A stretch of DNA of 61,217 bases, from IMG/VR virus record IMGVR_UViG_3300032226_001346; one strand, written 5' to 3'. This document shows, one piece after another, positions 17,843 to 28,254 of the stretch (positions are counted from its first letter, which is position 1; each line of letters starts with the position of its first letter). A program made the translations under genes and the position numbers. The notes under the pieces are model-generated. The model was not told where the DNA came from and ran no database searches. It saw only the letters and a list, made by a program, of their open reading frames with translations. The DNA is from an uncultured virus (IMG/VR IMGVR_UViG_3300032226_001346). Its lineage: Duplodnaviria; Heunggongvirae; Uroviricota; Caudoviricetes.

Positions 17843-18312
17843 GAAACATAATCTTTCAACAACTGTAATGCAATATTAATTTTTTCATATCGTTTATTTT
17901 CAATATTTTGCATGTCTTTGTAGCCCAATTGAATTAATTGATTAAAAATATTTGATGCAATTAATAATTCTGCGGGCATTTGCTGAGATTGTTTGTTTAA
18001 AAATTTTTCACACAATTGTTTAAAATTTTGTATTTCTTCTTTTGAGCAATAAGTGTTTTCAGATATCTTTTTTGCTATCTGAAAAGCAATATCAAATCTG
18101 AGTCTTTGATCACTTGGATTTTTATAGATTATTTGGTTATTTTCAATTATTTTAAATTTCACTTTGTCGATTATTGTTTTTAAGTGTTTTATTTCTGAAA
18201 AATCATTATCAATATAAGAATTATTATCAATTTCTGCAGCAATAATAGAAGAAATATTTTCGTATTCCACTGTGAAATTATCATTATCAATTCTGATATT
18301 AAATTTATACAT
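17839..18312 (-). CDS. hypothetical protein (possible tail assembly chaperone)
   Basis: translationally coupled last gene of the tail-tube-like operon. Confidence 0.5.
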   Translation of the reverse strand: MYKFNIRIDNDNFTVEYENISSIIAAEIDNNSYIDNDFSEIKHLKTIIDKVKFKIIENNQIIYKNPSDQRLRFDIAFQIAKKISENTYCSKEEIQNFKQLCEKFLNKQSQQMPAELLIASNIFNQLIQLGYKDMQNIENKRYEKINIALQLLKDYVS

Positions 18313-19447
18313 TCCCTAAAACCGTGCTTATTCCAATGTTGAATTCATTTTGCTGCCAGTATGATAATTTTTCGTCAGATGTGGTGGGTATTACAAAAGC
18401 TTCAAAATCCAATGTGTGAACAAAAGAATCTCCATCTCCGCTTACTTCTGAGCCAAAGAAATTAATATATAAATTATCCATTTGGAAAATAAATGGTCCA
18501 GAAAAATAAAGCGTAAGTGATTGAATTAACACACCAGGATCACTATAAATTAAAAGCAAATCCACTGAAGCAAGAAACGATATGGTCCCTTTAACCGTTC
18601 GTTTACTTAAAGCAATATATTTAACACCATCACTAATTTGTTGTGATGAATTCAGTGTGTTTGCTGTGAATTTTTTTGATATTTTATTATCAATAGTAAG
18701 AGAAGCTGATTTTAAATAAAATACATTTGAGTTGAGATAAGATGCCTGATTTGCTAAAGAAACATAAGGGTTTGTTACTTGGGTTGATGGATCTGGGGTT
18801 GGAACAACTAAACAATCGTAACTTTTTGCAGTACGATATTCACCTTGGAAAACCGGAGGTTCTATATAGTCTGGTGGAATATATTTCAAGCCTCCTGTGA
18901 AGTTGATATCTATCTCTACTGGGCCATTGTCACTTACAGATATTTTATATTCCGTGACAAATAAAGGGCCGCCGAGATTTGTTGGCGATATATCAGTATA
19001 GATATAAAAAGGTAAAAAATATAAAACCCCGAGCTTCCAAATTTGATTATAGAAATTTTCTAGATCAGAGGTATAATTTTGATTAGTTATAAGAACCGGA
19101 ATATTTAATTTTCCACCAGTAAAATAATTATCACTTTTAATTTGAGTAATAAAATTAGAATATGTATTTGTATTTACTGCCTTGTTGATAATTATGGGAT
19201 CAATGTTCAAGTTTTTCACTAAACCAAAAATATAATTCCCTCCATCTGCTCCGAATTGCTGAAGGTTTGAATTTCTTATTAAATCATGGATATCTATGTA
19301 AGGAACGCTTATCGTATTTGCGTCTGCGTTTTCTTTTTGCTCGAAATTTAAAAAGGGCACTTTGCTGGTCTGTTGATTATAGAAAGAAGTATTTGAATAA
19401 ACAGCAATTGCCACGCGATGTAATGATCCTGGATTTACAATTATCAT
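18305..19447 (-). CDS. tail-tube-like protein (paralog)
   Basis: YRTAKSYDC, SASLTIDNKI, KRTVKGTISF pattern shared with the other paralogs. Confidence 0.55.
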   Translation of the reverse strand: MIIVNPGSLHRVAIAVYSNTSFYNQQTSKVPFLNFEQKENADANTISVPYIDIHDLIRNSNLQQFGADGGNYIFGLVKNLNIDPIIINKAVNTNTYSNFITQIKSDNYFTGGKLNIPVLITNQNYTSDLENFYNQIWKLGVLYFLPFYIYTDISPTNLGGPLFVTEYKISVSDNGPVEIDINFTGGLKYIPPDYIEPPVFQGEYRTAKSYDCLVVPTPDPSTQVTNPYVSLANQASYLNSNVFYLKSASLTIDNKISKKFTANTLNSSQQISDGVKYIALSKRTVKGTISFLASVDLLLIYSDPGVLIQSLTLYFSGPFIFQMDNLYINFFGSEVSGDGDSFVHTLDFEAFVIPTTSDEKLSYWQQNEFNIGISTVLGNV

Positions 19448-19827
19448 ATTACTTTTTTAAGCCACTCCTTAATAATAATTTTCACAAGATTGTAATTAAT
19501 TTTACTTAAATCCGCCGAAGCCACATCTATGTGATCTAAATTTGGATTATCGGGAAAATCGACATCTACTATCACTGATTGAAACAATTGTTTATAAAGC
19601 ACTGAACTTCTTATAAAAGGCTTTCCCGTTATGTGATTAATATATGTTGATTCTTCCAGCGCCAGAGACACTACATCAAACTCTGGACCTTTTGCTAAAA
19701 AAACTAGCGTAAATATATTATTTTCTTTCTGAGTATCGATTTTTACCAAACCATTTTCATATTGTTCGTATGAATATTTAGCCTCAAATGTAAAAAGGTC
19801 GTTGTTTTCAAAAATTAATTGATTCAT
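19444..19827 (-). CDS. hypothetical protein (possible tail assembly chaperone), start MNQLIFEN
   Basis: ATG at 19827 lies 34 nt from AGG at 19861 and avoids overlap with the upstream gene. Confidence 0.55.
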   Translation of the reverse strand: MNQLIFENNDLFTFEAKYSYEQYENGLVKIDTQKENNIFTLVFLAKGPEFDVVSLALEESTYINHITGKPFIRSSVLYKQLFQSVIVDVDFPDNPNLDHIDVASADLSKINYNLVKIIIKEWLKKVI

Positions 19828-19831
19828 ATTA

Positions 19832-21100
19832 TTACATTTGGAACAAAGGCTGGCCTTGCCTTTCATTAGTAATTGCCTCCCATGATGAATTTACTGTTAC
19901 GAGTTCATTTTGCTTCACTTCTATTTTTGCTGGTTTCCAAACCGTATACGGAATAGTGAATATTTGATTTCCAAAATAAACACTCATACTTACATTTGTA
20001 ACGCCTGCAAGTGTGGGAAATCTATCAAATGTTGGCTGCGATGATCTAAGAGCATATGCTGTTAGATTGCCCGTAATTTTTCTTTGATCCGATATATAAC
20101 CAGCAACATATGTTCTGCGTAGATTAGAATAATGGTTTGCGTAAACAGGCTTAAGCCCATTATTAATTGAGATTGATAAATCCTTGAATGGAGTGGGCGT
20201 GAATCTTTCAGTTAAAAATGATTGCATATAATCTAAATTTTTAATGTCATTTAACAAAAAATTGTTTACAATAGAGTTTTTATAATCAATAATTTTAATT
20301 CTAGATTTGTGAATATTTTTTAATGGCGGAATAGCGTTTTTTACAGATTGGGTATTTATGAAATCAAACCTAGTAGAACGATCATAATTGATTGCAAAAA
20401 ATACACAATTTAATTTAATAAATTCTTCAGAAACAGAAAAATCAATTTTATCCACCACACAAGGATAAAAACTGCCTTCTGATGTGTCCATGCGAAACAT
20501 CGGCTCTAGTTGCAGAGGGAAATTATTGTAGTAAATTGCTTCTATCCAAATTGTTTCAGTAATTTCTGAAATAGTATCAAAGCTGATAGTATTATAGATT
20601 GTGTCAATGGTTACATTGCTTAATTTTATTGAGGAATTTTGTGATACTGCATACCATTGGAAATTATCCACAGAATATCCAGAAGTTATAAAATTAATTA
20701 AATTAAAAGTGGTGTAAGTGAATACATAACTATAATATGTGGGATATGAATTGCTGCTAGTTATGGTGCCTGCTATTTTATAAGATGTTGTTGTTCCTTG
20801 ATAAGACCAGGCTGACAGATTCATTATAAGATCAACTGCTGGATTTAATGTGCCTGCTGGGTCTAAAGAAAATAAAAATGATGTAGTTATGGTAATTTTT
20901 CGATTTCCTAAAACAAAATTTGGAGTTTGGTTGAATGATCCAAATAATTTAACTTCTCCAATATTTTCTTGATCAACATCAACAGAAAAATTATCTAAAA
21001 AACATAATCTTGGTAGTGATAATGAGTGGCCAAAAAAATCACATTTATAAATGTTTGCTTTGCCAAAATTTCCAGAGTATCCAAATAGATTTAAAATCAT
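19832..21100 (-). CDS. tail-tube-like protein (paralog)
   Basis: LDNFSVDVDQ..GNRKITIT, CVVDKIDFSV, FKDLSISINNGL..RKITGNL. Confidence 0.6.
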   Translation of the reverse strand: MILNLFGYSGNFGKANIYKCDFFGHSLSLPRLCFLDNFSVDVDQENIGEVKLFGSFNQTPNFVLGNRKITITTSFLFSLDPAGTLNPAVDLIMNLSAWSYQGTTTSYKIAGTITSSNSYPTYYSYVFTYTTFNLINFITSGYSVDNFQWYAVSQNSSIKLSNVTIDTIYNTISFDTISEITETIWIEAIYYNNFPLQLEPMFRMDTSEGSFYPCVVDKIDFSVSEEFIKLNCVFFAINYDRSTRFDFINTQSVKNAIPPLKNIHKSRIKIIDYKNSIVNNFLLNDIKNLDYMQSFLTERFTPTPFKDLSISINNGLKPVYANHYSNLRRTYVAGYISDQRKITGNLTAYALRSSQPTFDRFPTLAGVTNVSMSVYFGNQIFTIPYTVWKPAKIEVKQNELVTVNSSWEAITNERQGQPLFQM

Positions 21101-23664
21101 GGTTTTGAGTCCACCGTAAATAAATCAAAAATACTCCAATTGATAATATTTGTGTTAGGTATATAATTCATTCCCGCCGCACTATTAACATTTGGTTGAA
21201 CAAAAACATCTAATACTTTATCATATAAATCTGAGATAGACCCAAGTAATATTGATGAACCTCTCGGTGTATTTCGGTCTATTCTGCCAACGAGTGTAGA
21301 TGTAATTCCAGTTTGAGAATTCATTGCAAGTACGCTTACGATCATTGAATTTTGAATTGGCAATGATGTTTGATATATTCCATTTACTGTTGCGGTGGGG
21401 CCTACATCGCTATAGGTCAAGCTTGACAAATCTATATTTGGGACATAAAGTTGAATTCTGGTTGGATAGCTACTTTTATTATCCGTTAAATATACACCTC
21501 TACTTGAAATTAAGTTACCAATTGAATTTTGATCTACATATCCTAATTTAGCCACTTGAGCAGATGTAGTGGATGATATAAATGTTGATCCATTTATTGA
21601 TGTGGCTATATTACCAGTATAACCTGCTGCTTGGAAAAATGATAATTTTTGATTTGCTGCTAGAGCATAAGGTGTATTCATTGTGAATACTGCCCAATAA
21701 TTTGTGTTAGGATTTAAATTAACAAAATTAGAATTTTTTACGGGCATATTCACAGGTATTGAGCTTGATATACTTGCGATTGTCACAGGTGAAAGATCTA
21801 TAATACTTGTGCCCATTGGAATAGTAGATGTTCCAGTATATATGCCGCAGTTTAATTGCGATAAAATCGGTGTGATTGAGGCACCATAAGCAGTGCTAGA
21901 ATTTGGATCAACTATTGTTATTGTGGGAGCGACAGTATATCCACTCCCCATTGAAACCATTGTGTATGATGTTATAGTACCAGAGCCATTAATATTAAAT
22001 AGAACAGAAGCACCTATGCCATTTCCTGTGATAATTGCTTTTGGGGAAACATAATTTATGCCGCCAGAATTGATAATATATCCTTGGATTCCAGTGAGGG
22101 GCGCTGAATCGGGTATATATGCATTGAAGTAAATTCCTCCAAGTGTAAGACCTGAAGCTTGCGCCTGCAGAATCTGAAATGCAAATAATGAATTACCTAT
22201 TCCCTGGGTTGTCGTGAGAGGGGCTAATATATTATCATTTGCCGAATTGTAAATGAGTTGGCTTGGGTTTGTTAATCTTAATTGCTCAAACCCAGATTGT
22301 GTTTGTTGATTTTTATAAATATGATAAAATAATAAATTAGAAATCGTGCTTGAAGTCCAAGAAAGATAATTGTTTACTGTGGAATTAAAATAATAGGAAT
22401 TGGTTGCTCCAAAAACTGGTGCGTATTCTCCTGCTGGAGTTACTGCGGATATTCCGTATGAATAGGTGCCATTGTATAATGAAGATAAAGAAGAATAATC
22501 TATCAAACTGTTTATAGAAATAGATCCTGGGAATATGCCGGGAACTTGACCAACATAGGCATTTCCTCCGTAAATATCGCCTCTAAAAATTGCATAAGTT
22601 CGTGTGAGTTCGGAATTTTTGTAAAAATACCAAAAATCTTTAAATCTTGAGTCAAAATCTACTTTCTGTAATCCATTGAAATTTATTCCGTATTGAAATA
22701 AATCTGTTGGAGTGAATGGCTGAGAATGCCAATAGTTATCAAAATTTGAATTAGCGGTGGAAATACCTTGAGTGTATAATGTAAAACTTGATAAAATATT
22801 TGCTTCCAAATCGTATTTTTCTACATTATTATAAGCCTTAATACTGCTATTTACCGATTGCAAAAAAGCATTATAAGAATCTTGGCTCGGAAAAAGTGAT
22901 GCTGGATTAGAATATGTTTGGAATGCAACAAATGTTGGAGTTACCACCCCAGAATAAGTGAAAGGACTTCCATTGCCAATAGTTATATAAGATTGGGCAA
23001 ACGGAATTCCTGTACTTGGGATCGGCAAAACAGGTGGCATACCGGTTATCGCGAAACTTGAAATAAATTTAATTGTTGGCTGATATATTAGAGTTACTGT
23101 TGAGCCAACAAAAGCAAAAGCGGAAATATTTTGACTCACAATTATTGTATTTGTGTTAATATTGATGCTTGCGATATTAACTAAATAATTGTTTATGTTC
23201 AAAGTTTGAAAATTGTTCAAATATGAGATTGAGGGAATTTGATTTACTACCAAAGTATTACCCGATACAGCAACCACTTGAGCAGAAAAAATAGTTGAAG
23301 CAAGCAGAAAATCATTATAGTCTAAATAAAATTGAAATAGTTTAATTCCAATTGTGTCATTTGCATTAGTTGCTGGAATTATTTGGGAAGGAACATTTAT
23401 TAAATTTCCTTTAAAAAACACCTGACCGGCGCTAAATTGAAAGCTATTTAAGTTAGTATTAAATGATAAATTGTCAAAAGAATTTGGATCATCGTAAACT
23501 CCAAAAATTGGAGAGCCAGATGTCAACAAAGAGGCAATTTGGGAAATATTAAACCATGCTGAATTTGGTTGATTTTTACTGCCCAGCACATTACTTTTTA
23601 AGTCATAAGACACTCCCAATGACTGAGATAAATTAACTAAAAATTGTTGAGAAATATTTGCCAC
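21097..23664 (-). CDS. large virion structural protein (tail/baseplate)
   Basis: S/T/N/I-rich, beta-prone; GSGYTVAPTITI repeat of the kind seen in phage structural proteins. Confidence 0.6.
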   Translation of the reverse strand: MANISQQFLVNLSQSLGVSYDLKSNVLGSKNQPNSAWFNISQIASLLTSGSPIFGVYDDPNSFDNLSFNTNLNSFQFSAGQVFFKGNLINVPSQIIPATNANDTIGIKLFQFYLDYNDFLLASTIFSAQVVAVSGNTLVVNQIPSISYLNNFQTLNINNYLVNIASININTNTIIVSQNISAFAFVGSTVTLIYQPTIKFISSFAITGMPPVLPIPSTGIPFAQSYITIGNGSPFTYSGVVTPTFVAFQTYSNPASLFPSQDSYNAFLQSVNSSIKAYNNVEKYDLEANILSSFTLYTQGISTANSNFDNYWHSQPFTPTDLFQYGINFNGLQKVDFDSRFKDFWYFYKNSELTRTYAIFRGDIYGGNAYVGQVPGIFPGSISINSLIDYSSLSSLYNGTYSYGISAVTPAGEYAPVFGATNSYYFNSTVNNYLSWTSSTISNLLFYHIYKNQQTQSGFEQLRLTNPSQLIYNSANDNILAPLTTTQGIGNSLFAFQILQAQASGLTLGGIYFNAYIPDSAPLTGIQGYIINSGGINYVSPKAIITGNGIGASVLFNINGSGTITSYTMVSMGSGYTVAPTITIVDPNSSTAYGASITPILSQLNCGIYTGTSTIPMGTSIIDLSPVTIASISSSIPVNMPVKNSNFVNLNPNTNYWAVFTMNTPYALAANQKLSFFQAAGYTGNIATSINGSTFISSTTSAQVAKLGYVDQNSIGNLISSRGVYLTDNKSSYPTRIQLYVPNIDLSSLTYSDVGPTATVNGIYQTSLPIQNSMIVSVLAMNSQTGITSTLVGRIDRNTPRGSSILLGSISDLYDKVLDVFVQPNVNSAAGMNYIPNTNIINWSIFDLFTVDSKP

Positions 23665-23740
23665 TAATTTAAATTTATGAACAGAGCGGCCCCAGGCCTA
23701 CCACAAGGGCTTTATTAGATATATTGTTAAAATACTAATT

Positions 23741-23986
23741 GTGTTTGATGATATTAAAAATTATTTTCATTTGGATAATACTGACAAAACTTGTCAGCTA
23801 TGCAACGATGGTCGGCCATTGAAAATGTACACACAGTGTGATGGTTGTCAAAAATTTTTCTGTTTAAGCCACCGACCAATGTTCCAAAAACAATGGTTTT
23901 GCCCATTATGTGAAGAAAATTTTAAAGCTTATTTAGAGCCGTTGAGGCAATCAAATATTCAAGATTTTTTTAAAAAAATATTTTGA
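23741..23986 (+). CDS. small cross-brace-type zinc-finger protein
   Basis: CQLC-x11-CDGC-x4-C-x2-H-x9-CPLC. Confidence 0.65.
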   Translation: MFDDIKNYFHLDNTDKTCQLCNDGRPLKMYTQCDGCQKFFCLSHRPMFQKQWFCPLCEENFKAYLEPLRQSNIQDFFKKIF

Positions 23987-23987
23987 A

Positions 23988-24593
23988 TTATTTATTATGG
24001 ATGAGCCAATTAATATCTATTACTCCAAAGCCCTTTAATGCTCCGAAAGCTCCAATAATTGCTCCGAGCGCCCATAAGAATAGCTTAAATTTATCAAATG
24101 TTTTTTTAAATTCAATTAAATTTTCTGTTTGAATACCTAATTGGGATGTGATCTTGCCTATTGTAGTTTGGGTTTCTTCATTGCTTTTGTGAATTTGATC
24201 TGTAATTTTTTTAGAATATTCAATAAGCTCTTTGGTCATGCCAGATAAAACTTCATCAGACTTTTCAGTTTCTGAGATCAGAAAATTCAATCGAGATTCA
24301 TATTCATTTAATTTATTTTTGAATAATTCTATGTCTTTGTGAAACATTGAATGCTGATTTGAATTATCACTTGAATATTTAGTAAATTCAATTAAAAGTT
24401 CTTGAAATTTGTGGTTTAGCGCTTTATGTTCTTCTTCTAATACATTATTTGAGTTATTTATTCTGTCTCTGATTGCCGCAGTTTGTTCAATAATCCTCAC
24501 CAAAGCGTTGGAAAATTCAACATACGCTTCTGTTTGCGCAGATATTCTTTCGGAAAGCGCCGATATATCCAAAGTTCTTTCTTCTGTAGTCAT
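23988..24593 (-). CDS. coiled-coil protein with C-terminal transmembrane helix
   Basis: heptad-rich body; LFLWALGAIIGAFGALKGFGVI hydrophobic segment. Confidence 0.65.
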   Translation of the reverse strand: MTTEERTLDISALSERISAQTEAYVEFSNALVRIIEQTAAIRDRINNSNNVLEEEHKALNHKFQELLIEFTKYSSDNSNQHSMFHKDIELFKNKLNEYESRLNFLISETEKSDEVLSGMTKELIEYSKKITDQIHKSNEETQTTIGKITSQLGIQTENLIEFKKTFDKFKLFLWALGAIIGAFGALKGFGVIDINWLIHNK

Positions 24594-24841
24594 AATAGTG
24601 CCATTGCTTGGGCTAGCTTCTCTCTAGAATTGTTTAATTTATAAATATCACTTTCAATTAATTCGCAAATTTTATAATCTTTATGAAGTGGTTTTTTATT
24701 AATTACAATTTCTTCTTCGTCATAATGGTGACCGGAATATAAATCATTAGATAATATTATTTTCCCATTTTTTTCAATATAAGCTGGATTGCTCAAGGAA
24801 TTAAGTATTGATTGCAGCATCACCGTTATTTCTACGCCCAT
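24590..24841 (-). CDS. hypothetical protein (start MGVEITVM)
   Basis: GGAGG SD shortly before ATG at 24841; the track start at 24940 is less likely. Confidence 0.55.
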   Translation of the reverse strand: MGVEITVMLQSILNSLSNPAYIEKNGKIILSNDLYSGHHYDEEEIVINKKPLHKDYKICELIESDIYKLNNSREKLAQAMALL

Positions 24842-25523
24842 GAATACCTCCAAATATTCTATTATAATATTCGATGAATGATTGCTCGGTTTCCTTGTCT
24901 TCCATGCAAATAAATATTTTTTTAAGATATTTAAATTCATGTTTTTGTGATATAGTGAATATCGCTGATAGCTGAGCCATAGAAATTAATGAAATATCAT
25001 GTGTCCCCTTGTCACAAGGAATAATTACTAATGATTCTATTTGATTTTCATCTGCCAAAAGTATAGTTTTTTTCATGGCACCCACAACAAATGTTTCATT
25101 GACAAGATATGTTTCACTCGAAATAACAGCTGTAATTATATATTTTTGTTTTGTCTTCCATGATTCAGAGCATTTAAATAAATATGGGTGCCCAATTTTT
25201 ACGCCATTCTGAAGTGTGTTTGAGAATAATTTTGGAGTGTCACCTAATGTCATTCGATTTAAAAGAGGATCATCGATCTCTAAAAGATCATTTATTGGGT
25301 AAACCAGTGCATCAGCTTTGACAAGATATGTATTATCAACCCTCTTTATGATAATTTTTAAATTTGAATCTGTATTTAATTGCTTAATCTTTTCTTTGAT
25401 AAAAAATGAACATTGATTTAATAAACCTCCACAATTATGCTGAGATTTAAATTCTGGTAATGTGCATTGTGTTTTTATTAAGCAACTTGATTCATTATAA
25501 AAAGGGCATTGTAAGTTAGACAC
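24801..25523 (-). CDS. divergent macrodomain protein with N-terminal Cys cluster
   Basis: KADALVYPIN, IGHPYL, KYIITAV, LADENQIESLVIIPCDKG, LKKIFIC follow the macrodomain motif order. Confidence 0.7.
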   Translation of the reverse strand: MSNLQCPFYNESSCLIKTQCTLPEFKSQHNCGGLLNQCSFFIKEKIKQLNTDSNLKIIIKRVDNTYLVKADALVYPINDLLEIDDPLLNRMTLGDTPKLFSNTLQNGVKIGHPYLFKCSESWKTKQKYIITAVISSETYLVNETFVVGAMKKTILLADENQIESLVIIPCDKGTHDISLISMAQLSAIFTISQKHEFKYLKKIFICMEDKETEQSFIEYYNRIFGGIHGRRNNGDAAINT

Positions 25524-25529
25524 AAATTA

Positions 25530-26042
25530 TTATACAATAGAATTAAAAAATTGCTTTGCTTCTTCGCCTAATCCAGCTTCAGTGGCTGCGTCTATGCATT
25601 TCTTGTATTTTGTAGGATCTGCATCTAGAATGGATCTTCCGCCATCTATAATGTTTTGAGTTTTAACTATTTCATCTATTTGCTTTAAAGCATCCGCGTT
25701 AAGAGGTTTTCCTGGATTTTCTTTAATCCATTTATCTTGCATCTGTTTTCTAAAATCGCTCTCTGATTGAAACATAGTGGGCGAACCTCCTGCTGAAACA
25801 TGAGTAAATTCAGCACATTCTGGGATACCAATAAACATCGCCATAATTCTCTGAATATTATAAATAATTTCCGCGTTTTGCCATAGTTTTCCGCCAACAC
25901 CCTGAGCTACATCTTCAAATGATGCACTATATCTAATTAATTGCTTGGTAAAATCATCTGCAATTCTATGGAATCCTAAATTTTCATAGAATTCTATTTC
26001 ATTTAGTAAATTTTCAATTAATTTGTTGCTGTGTTTTTTCAA
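25530..26042 (-). CDS. putative virion protein with helical leader
   Basis: YENLGFHRIADDFTKQLIRYSA leader. Confidence 0.6.
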   Translation of the reverse strand: MKKHSNKLIENLLNEIEFYENLGFHRIADDFTKQLIRYSASFEDVAQGVGGKLWQNAEIIYNIQRIMAMFIGIPECAEFTHVSAGGSPTMFQSESDFRKQMQDKWIKENPGKPLNADALKQIDEIVKTQNIIDGGRSILDADPTKYKKCIDAATEAGLGEEAKQFFNSIV

Positions 26043-26471
26043 TTAAAGCCCCTCTAAATTTAATTTAGACAAAATAGTTCCGAAAGAGTTGATATATTCT
26101 TTTAATGGGCCTTCCATTTTTTTTGCAAGTAAATCTGCTTGCTTTTTGGTTAGATTGGCAGGAACACGACCAAAGAGCAATTTAGCTTGCTGCTCTGCTA
26201 TTGATTTTATTTTACCTATTGGATCTGCATTACCAGCTGCGTATAATGCGAGCATCGAGTCTCCAAAAATTTCCTGATTAGTCAAACCTGGCTTAAAAAG
26301 CAAGTTTGGACCACCGCCATTTATAGGCACATCTACCACTCCTCCCATGTTTCTATTGGTTTCTGTAGTTTGGGCCTGATTTGATGCAGCACTAGGCGCT
26401 ACTTCATCTTGCGCATATCTGAGTAAAATAATGGCATTAACTGCCGCTTTTATAGTTTTGCTGTTCATCAA
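26043..26471 (-). CDS. putative virion protein
   Basis: LLRYAQ motif; class-1 promoter AGG at 26505. Confidence 0.6.
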   Translation of the reverse strand: MMNSKTIKAAVNAIILLRYAQDEVAPSAASNQAQTTETNRNMGGVVDVPINGGGPNLLFKPGLTNQEIFGDSMLALYAAGNADPIGKIKSIAEQQAKLLFGRVPANLTKKQADLLAKKMEGPLKEYINSFGTILSKLNLEGL

Positions 26472-26505
26472 TTATATTATTACACACTTAAACACAATTT
26501 TTCCT

Positions 26506-28005
26506 TTAAGCTACAGCAGAAGTGGCAAAAGAAACAAATGACTGAATATTTTCCATTCTATACGACTCTGGGTTAACCAAACAATCCCTGTTTAGTATAA
26601 GTCTGCCTTTTATGGCGTTGTGATCGTGAAGATTTAAGAAATTGAAACTTGCCGCGCTAAGAGACTGTTTTACATAAGAATCCAAAGCTCTTGTGCCTGT
26701 GGCTGACTTATAAGATCTAGACACTAAATCTTCCAAATAGTCATCAGTAAACTCAAGATCATATCCAGATAAAGCAAATAATTCTTTTTGCTTTCTTAAT
26801 GGTGAAGCCTTTGAGTCGGTGAGCACTTTAAGCAAATCATCTTTATCAAGAGGTTTTAAAGGAACAATTGTTGGGATTCTTCCAACAAACTCTGAAAGCA
26901 TTCCATATTCAATTAATGAGTCGGCAATTTGCTCCCTGGAGGCAAGAGAAAAGATTTCATAAGACTTTAATGCTTCATCAATTTCTTGATTTTTGGTTTC
27001 ATCAATTTTCTTAAATCCAACAATACGATCTTTGAGTCCCATTTTTTTAGCAACTATATCTGCTAGTCCATTAAAAGCTCCACCGAAGAAAAATAACATT
27101 CTATTAGTAGAGATATTAAAAGTATTTCCTGGCATCTCGCCAAATAATTGACCTGGCACCTTAACTGTTTTCCCTTCAATTAGTTTTAAAAAGCTTGATT
27201 GGATAGCACCAGAAAATGAGTTTTGTGTGTTATTTTTGAAACTTGAGCTGATTTTGTCTATTTCATCAATGAATACAATTCCTCTTTCTGCCAGTTCGAA
27301 ATCCATTTCTGTATCCAAAAGCAAATCATAAATTACAGAATCTGAATCAGCTCCCTGATATCCAGCTGGGCTGTAATTTGTTGCGTCTCCCATAACAAAA
27401 GGAAGCTTGAAGAAATTAGCCACAGATTTTGCGATCAAAGTTTTGCCGGACCCTGACTTGCCCAAGAGTAAAACATGATGTTTGTCTGCTTGGGTATTTT
27501 CAATTTCTTCATTAAAAATTAATTTCAAATGATTAATCATAGCAACAGAAACAGATTTTTTAGCATAATCTTGACCAATTACAGTTTTTGATAATTCATC
27601 ATATAACTCTTTTGGTGTGTGATACTTAAAATCAAAAGGCTCCAATGACTCTGCATTTTCTGTAATTGATTGCATTTTTGACATTGGAGCAAGCTGTAAT
27701 ATGCTTTTTTTGAGATCATTTTTGGTAAAAGTTTCTGGCAAATTGCTGATATAAGAAAGTAATTTGTGATTTATTTCAAGTTGCCCCACTTGAATACCCA
27801 TTTGAAAAGGCTTTGAATGAGAATCACAAAAATAAAGGGGTTCTTCATTCAAATAAAACACAAATGATTTTGTTGGATCTACCGAAAGATTGCAGCAAAT
27901 GCAATTCGCTATAGAGAAATTATCTTTTTTCATATTAGTTTTTAGCTCAAAACAATCGAGTGGTTGTATAGATATATACGGTTTTTTAAATTCAAACTCA
28001 TGCAC
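26506..28005 (-). CDS. clpX: ClpX-like AAA+ unfoldase
   Basis: VIGQDYAKK, Walker A GKSGSGKT, DAT..AGYQG, Walker B FIDEIDKI, LKLIEG, FGGAFNGL, EFVGRIP, TGTRAL; exact start uncertain. Confidence 0.9.
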   Translation of the reverse strand: MHEFEFKKPYISIQPLDCFELKTNMKKDNFSIANCICCNLSVDPTKSFVFYLNEEPLYFCDSHSKPFQMGIQVGQLEINHKLLSYISNLPETFTKNDLKKSILQLAPMSKMQSITENAESLEPFDFKYHTPKELYDELSKTVIGQDYAKKSVSVAMINHLKLIFNEEIENTQADKHHVLLLGKSGSGKTLIAKSVANFFKLPFVMGDATNYSPAGYQGADSDSVIYDLLLDTEMDFELAERGIVFIDEIDKISSSFKNNTQNSFSGAIQSSFLKLIEGKTVKVPGQLFGEMPGNTFNISTNRMLFFFGGAFNGLADIVAKKMGLKDRIVGFKKIDETKNQEIDEALKSYEIFSLASREQIADSLIEYGMLSEFVGRIPTIVPLKPLDKDDLLKVLTDSKASPLRKQKELFALSGYDLEFTDDYLEDLVSRSYKSATGTRALDSYVKQSLSAASFNFLNLHDHNAIKGRLILNRDCLVNPESYRMENIQSFVSFATSAVA

Positions 28006-28049
28006 ATAATTATAAAGGATTTGATGTTTTTTTACAAGTAATTATAAAT

Positions 28050-28253
28050 ATGTCAAATGATATTACAAACAACCGAGGTTTCGGAAATTGGATATTTGAA
28101 ATTTACAACCCAAATAAACTCAAGGGGCCCATTACTGGTTATTTGGTTATAACTAAAGACCACCACACTGTGTATGAAGATTCTGGTACTAGGAAAACTC
28201 TTTTAAATATACCATCGCAGAATGTGGCTTGGGTTGAATTAGACAAAAAATAA
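28050..28253 (+). CDS. hypothetical protein
   Basis: 67-aa ORF; AGG at 28016, 34 nt upstream. Confidence 0.6.
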   Translation: MSNDITNNRGFGNWIFEIYNPNKLKGPITGYLVITKDHHTVYEDSGTRKTLLNIPSQNVAWVELDKK

Positions 28254-28254
28254 T

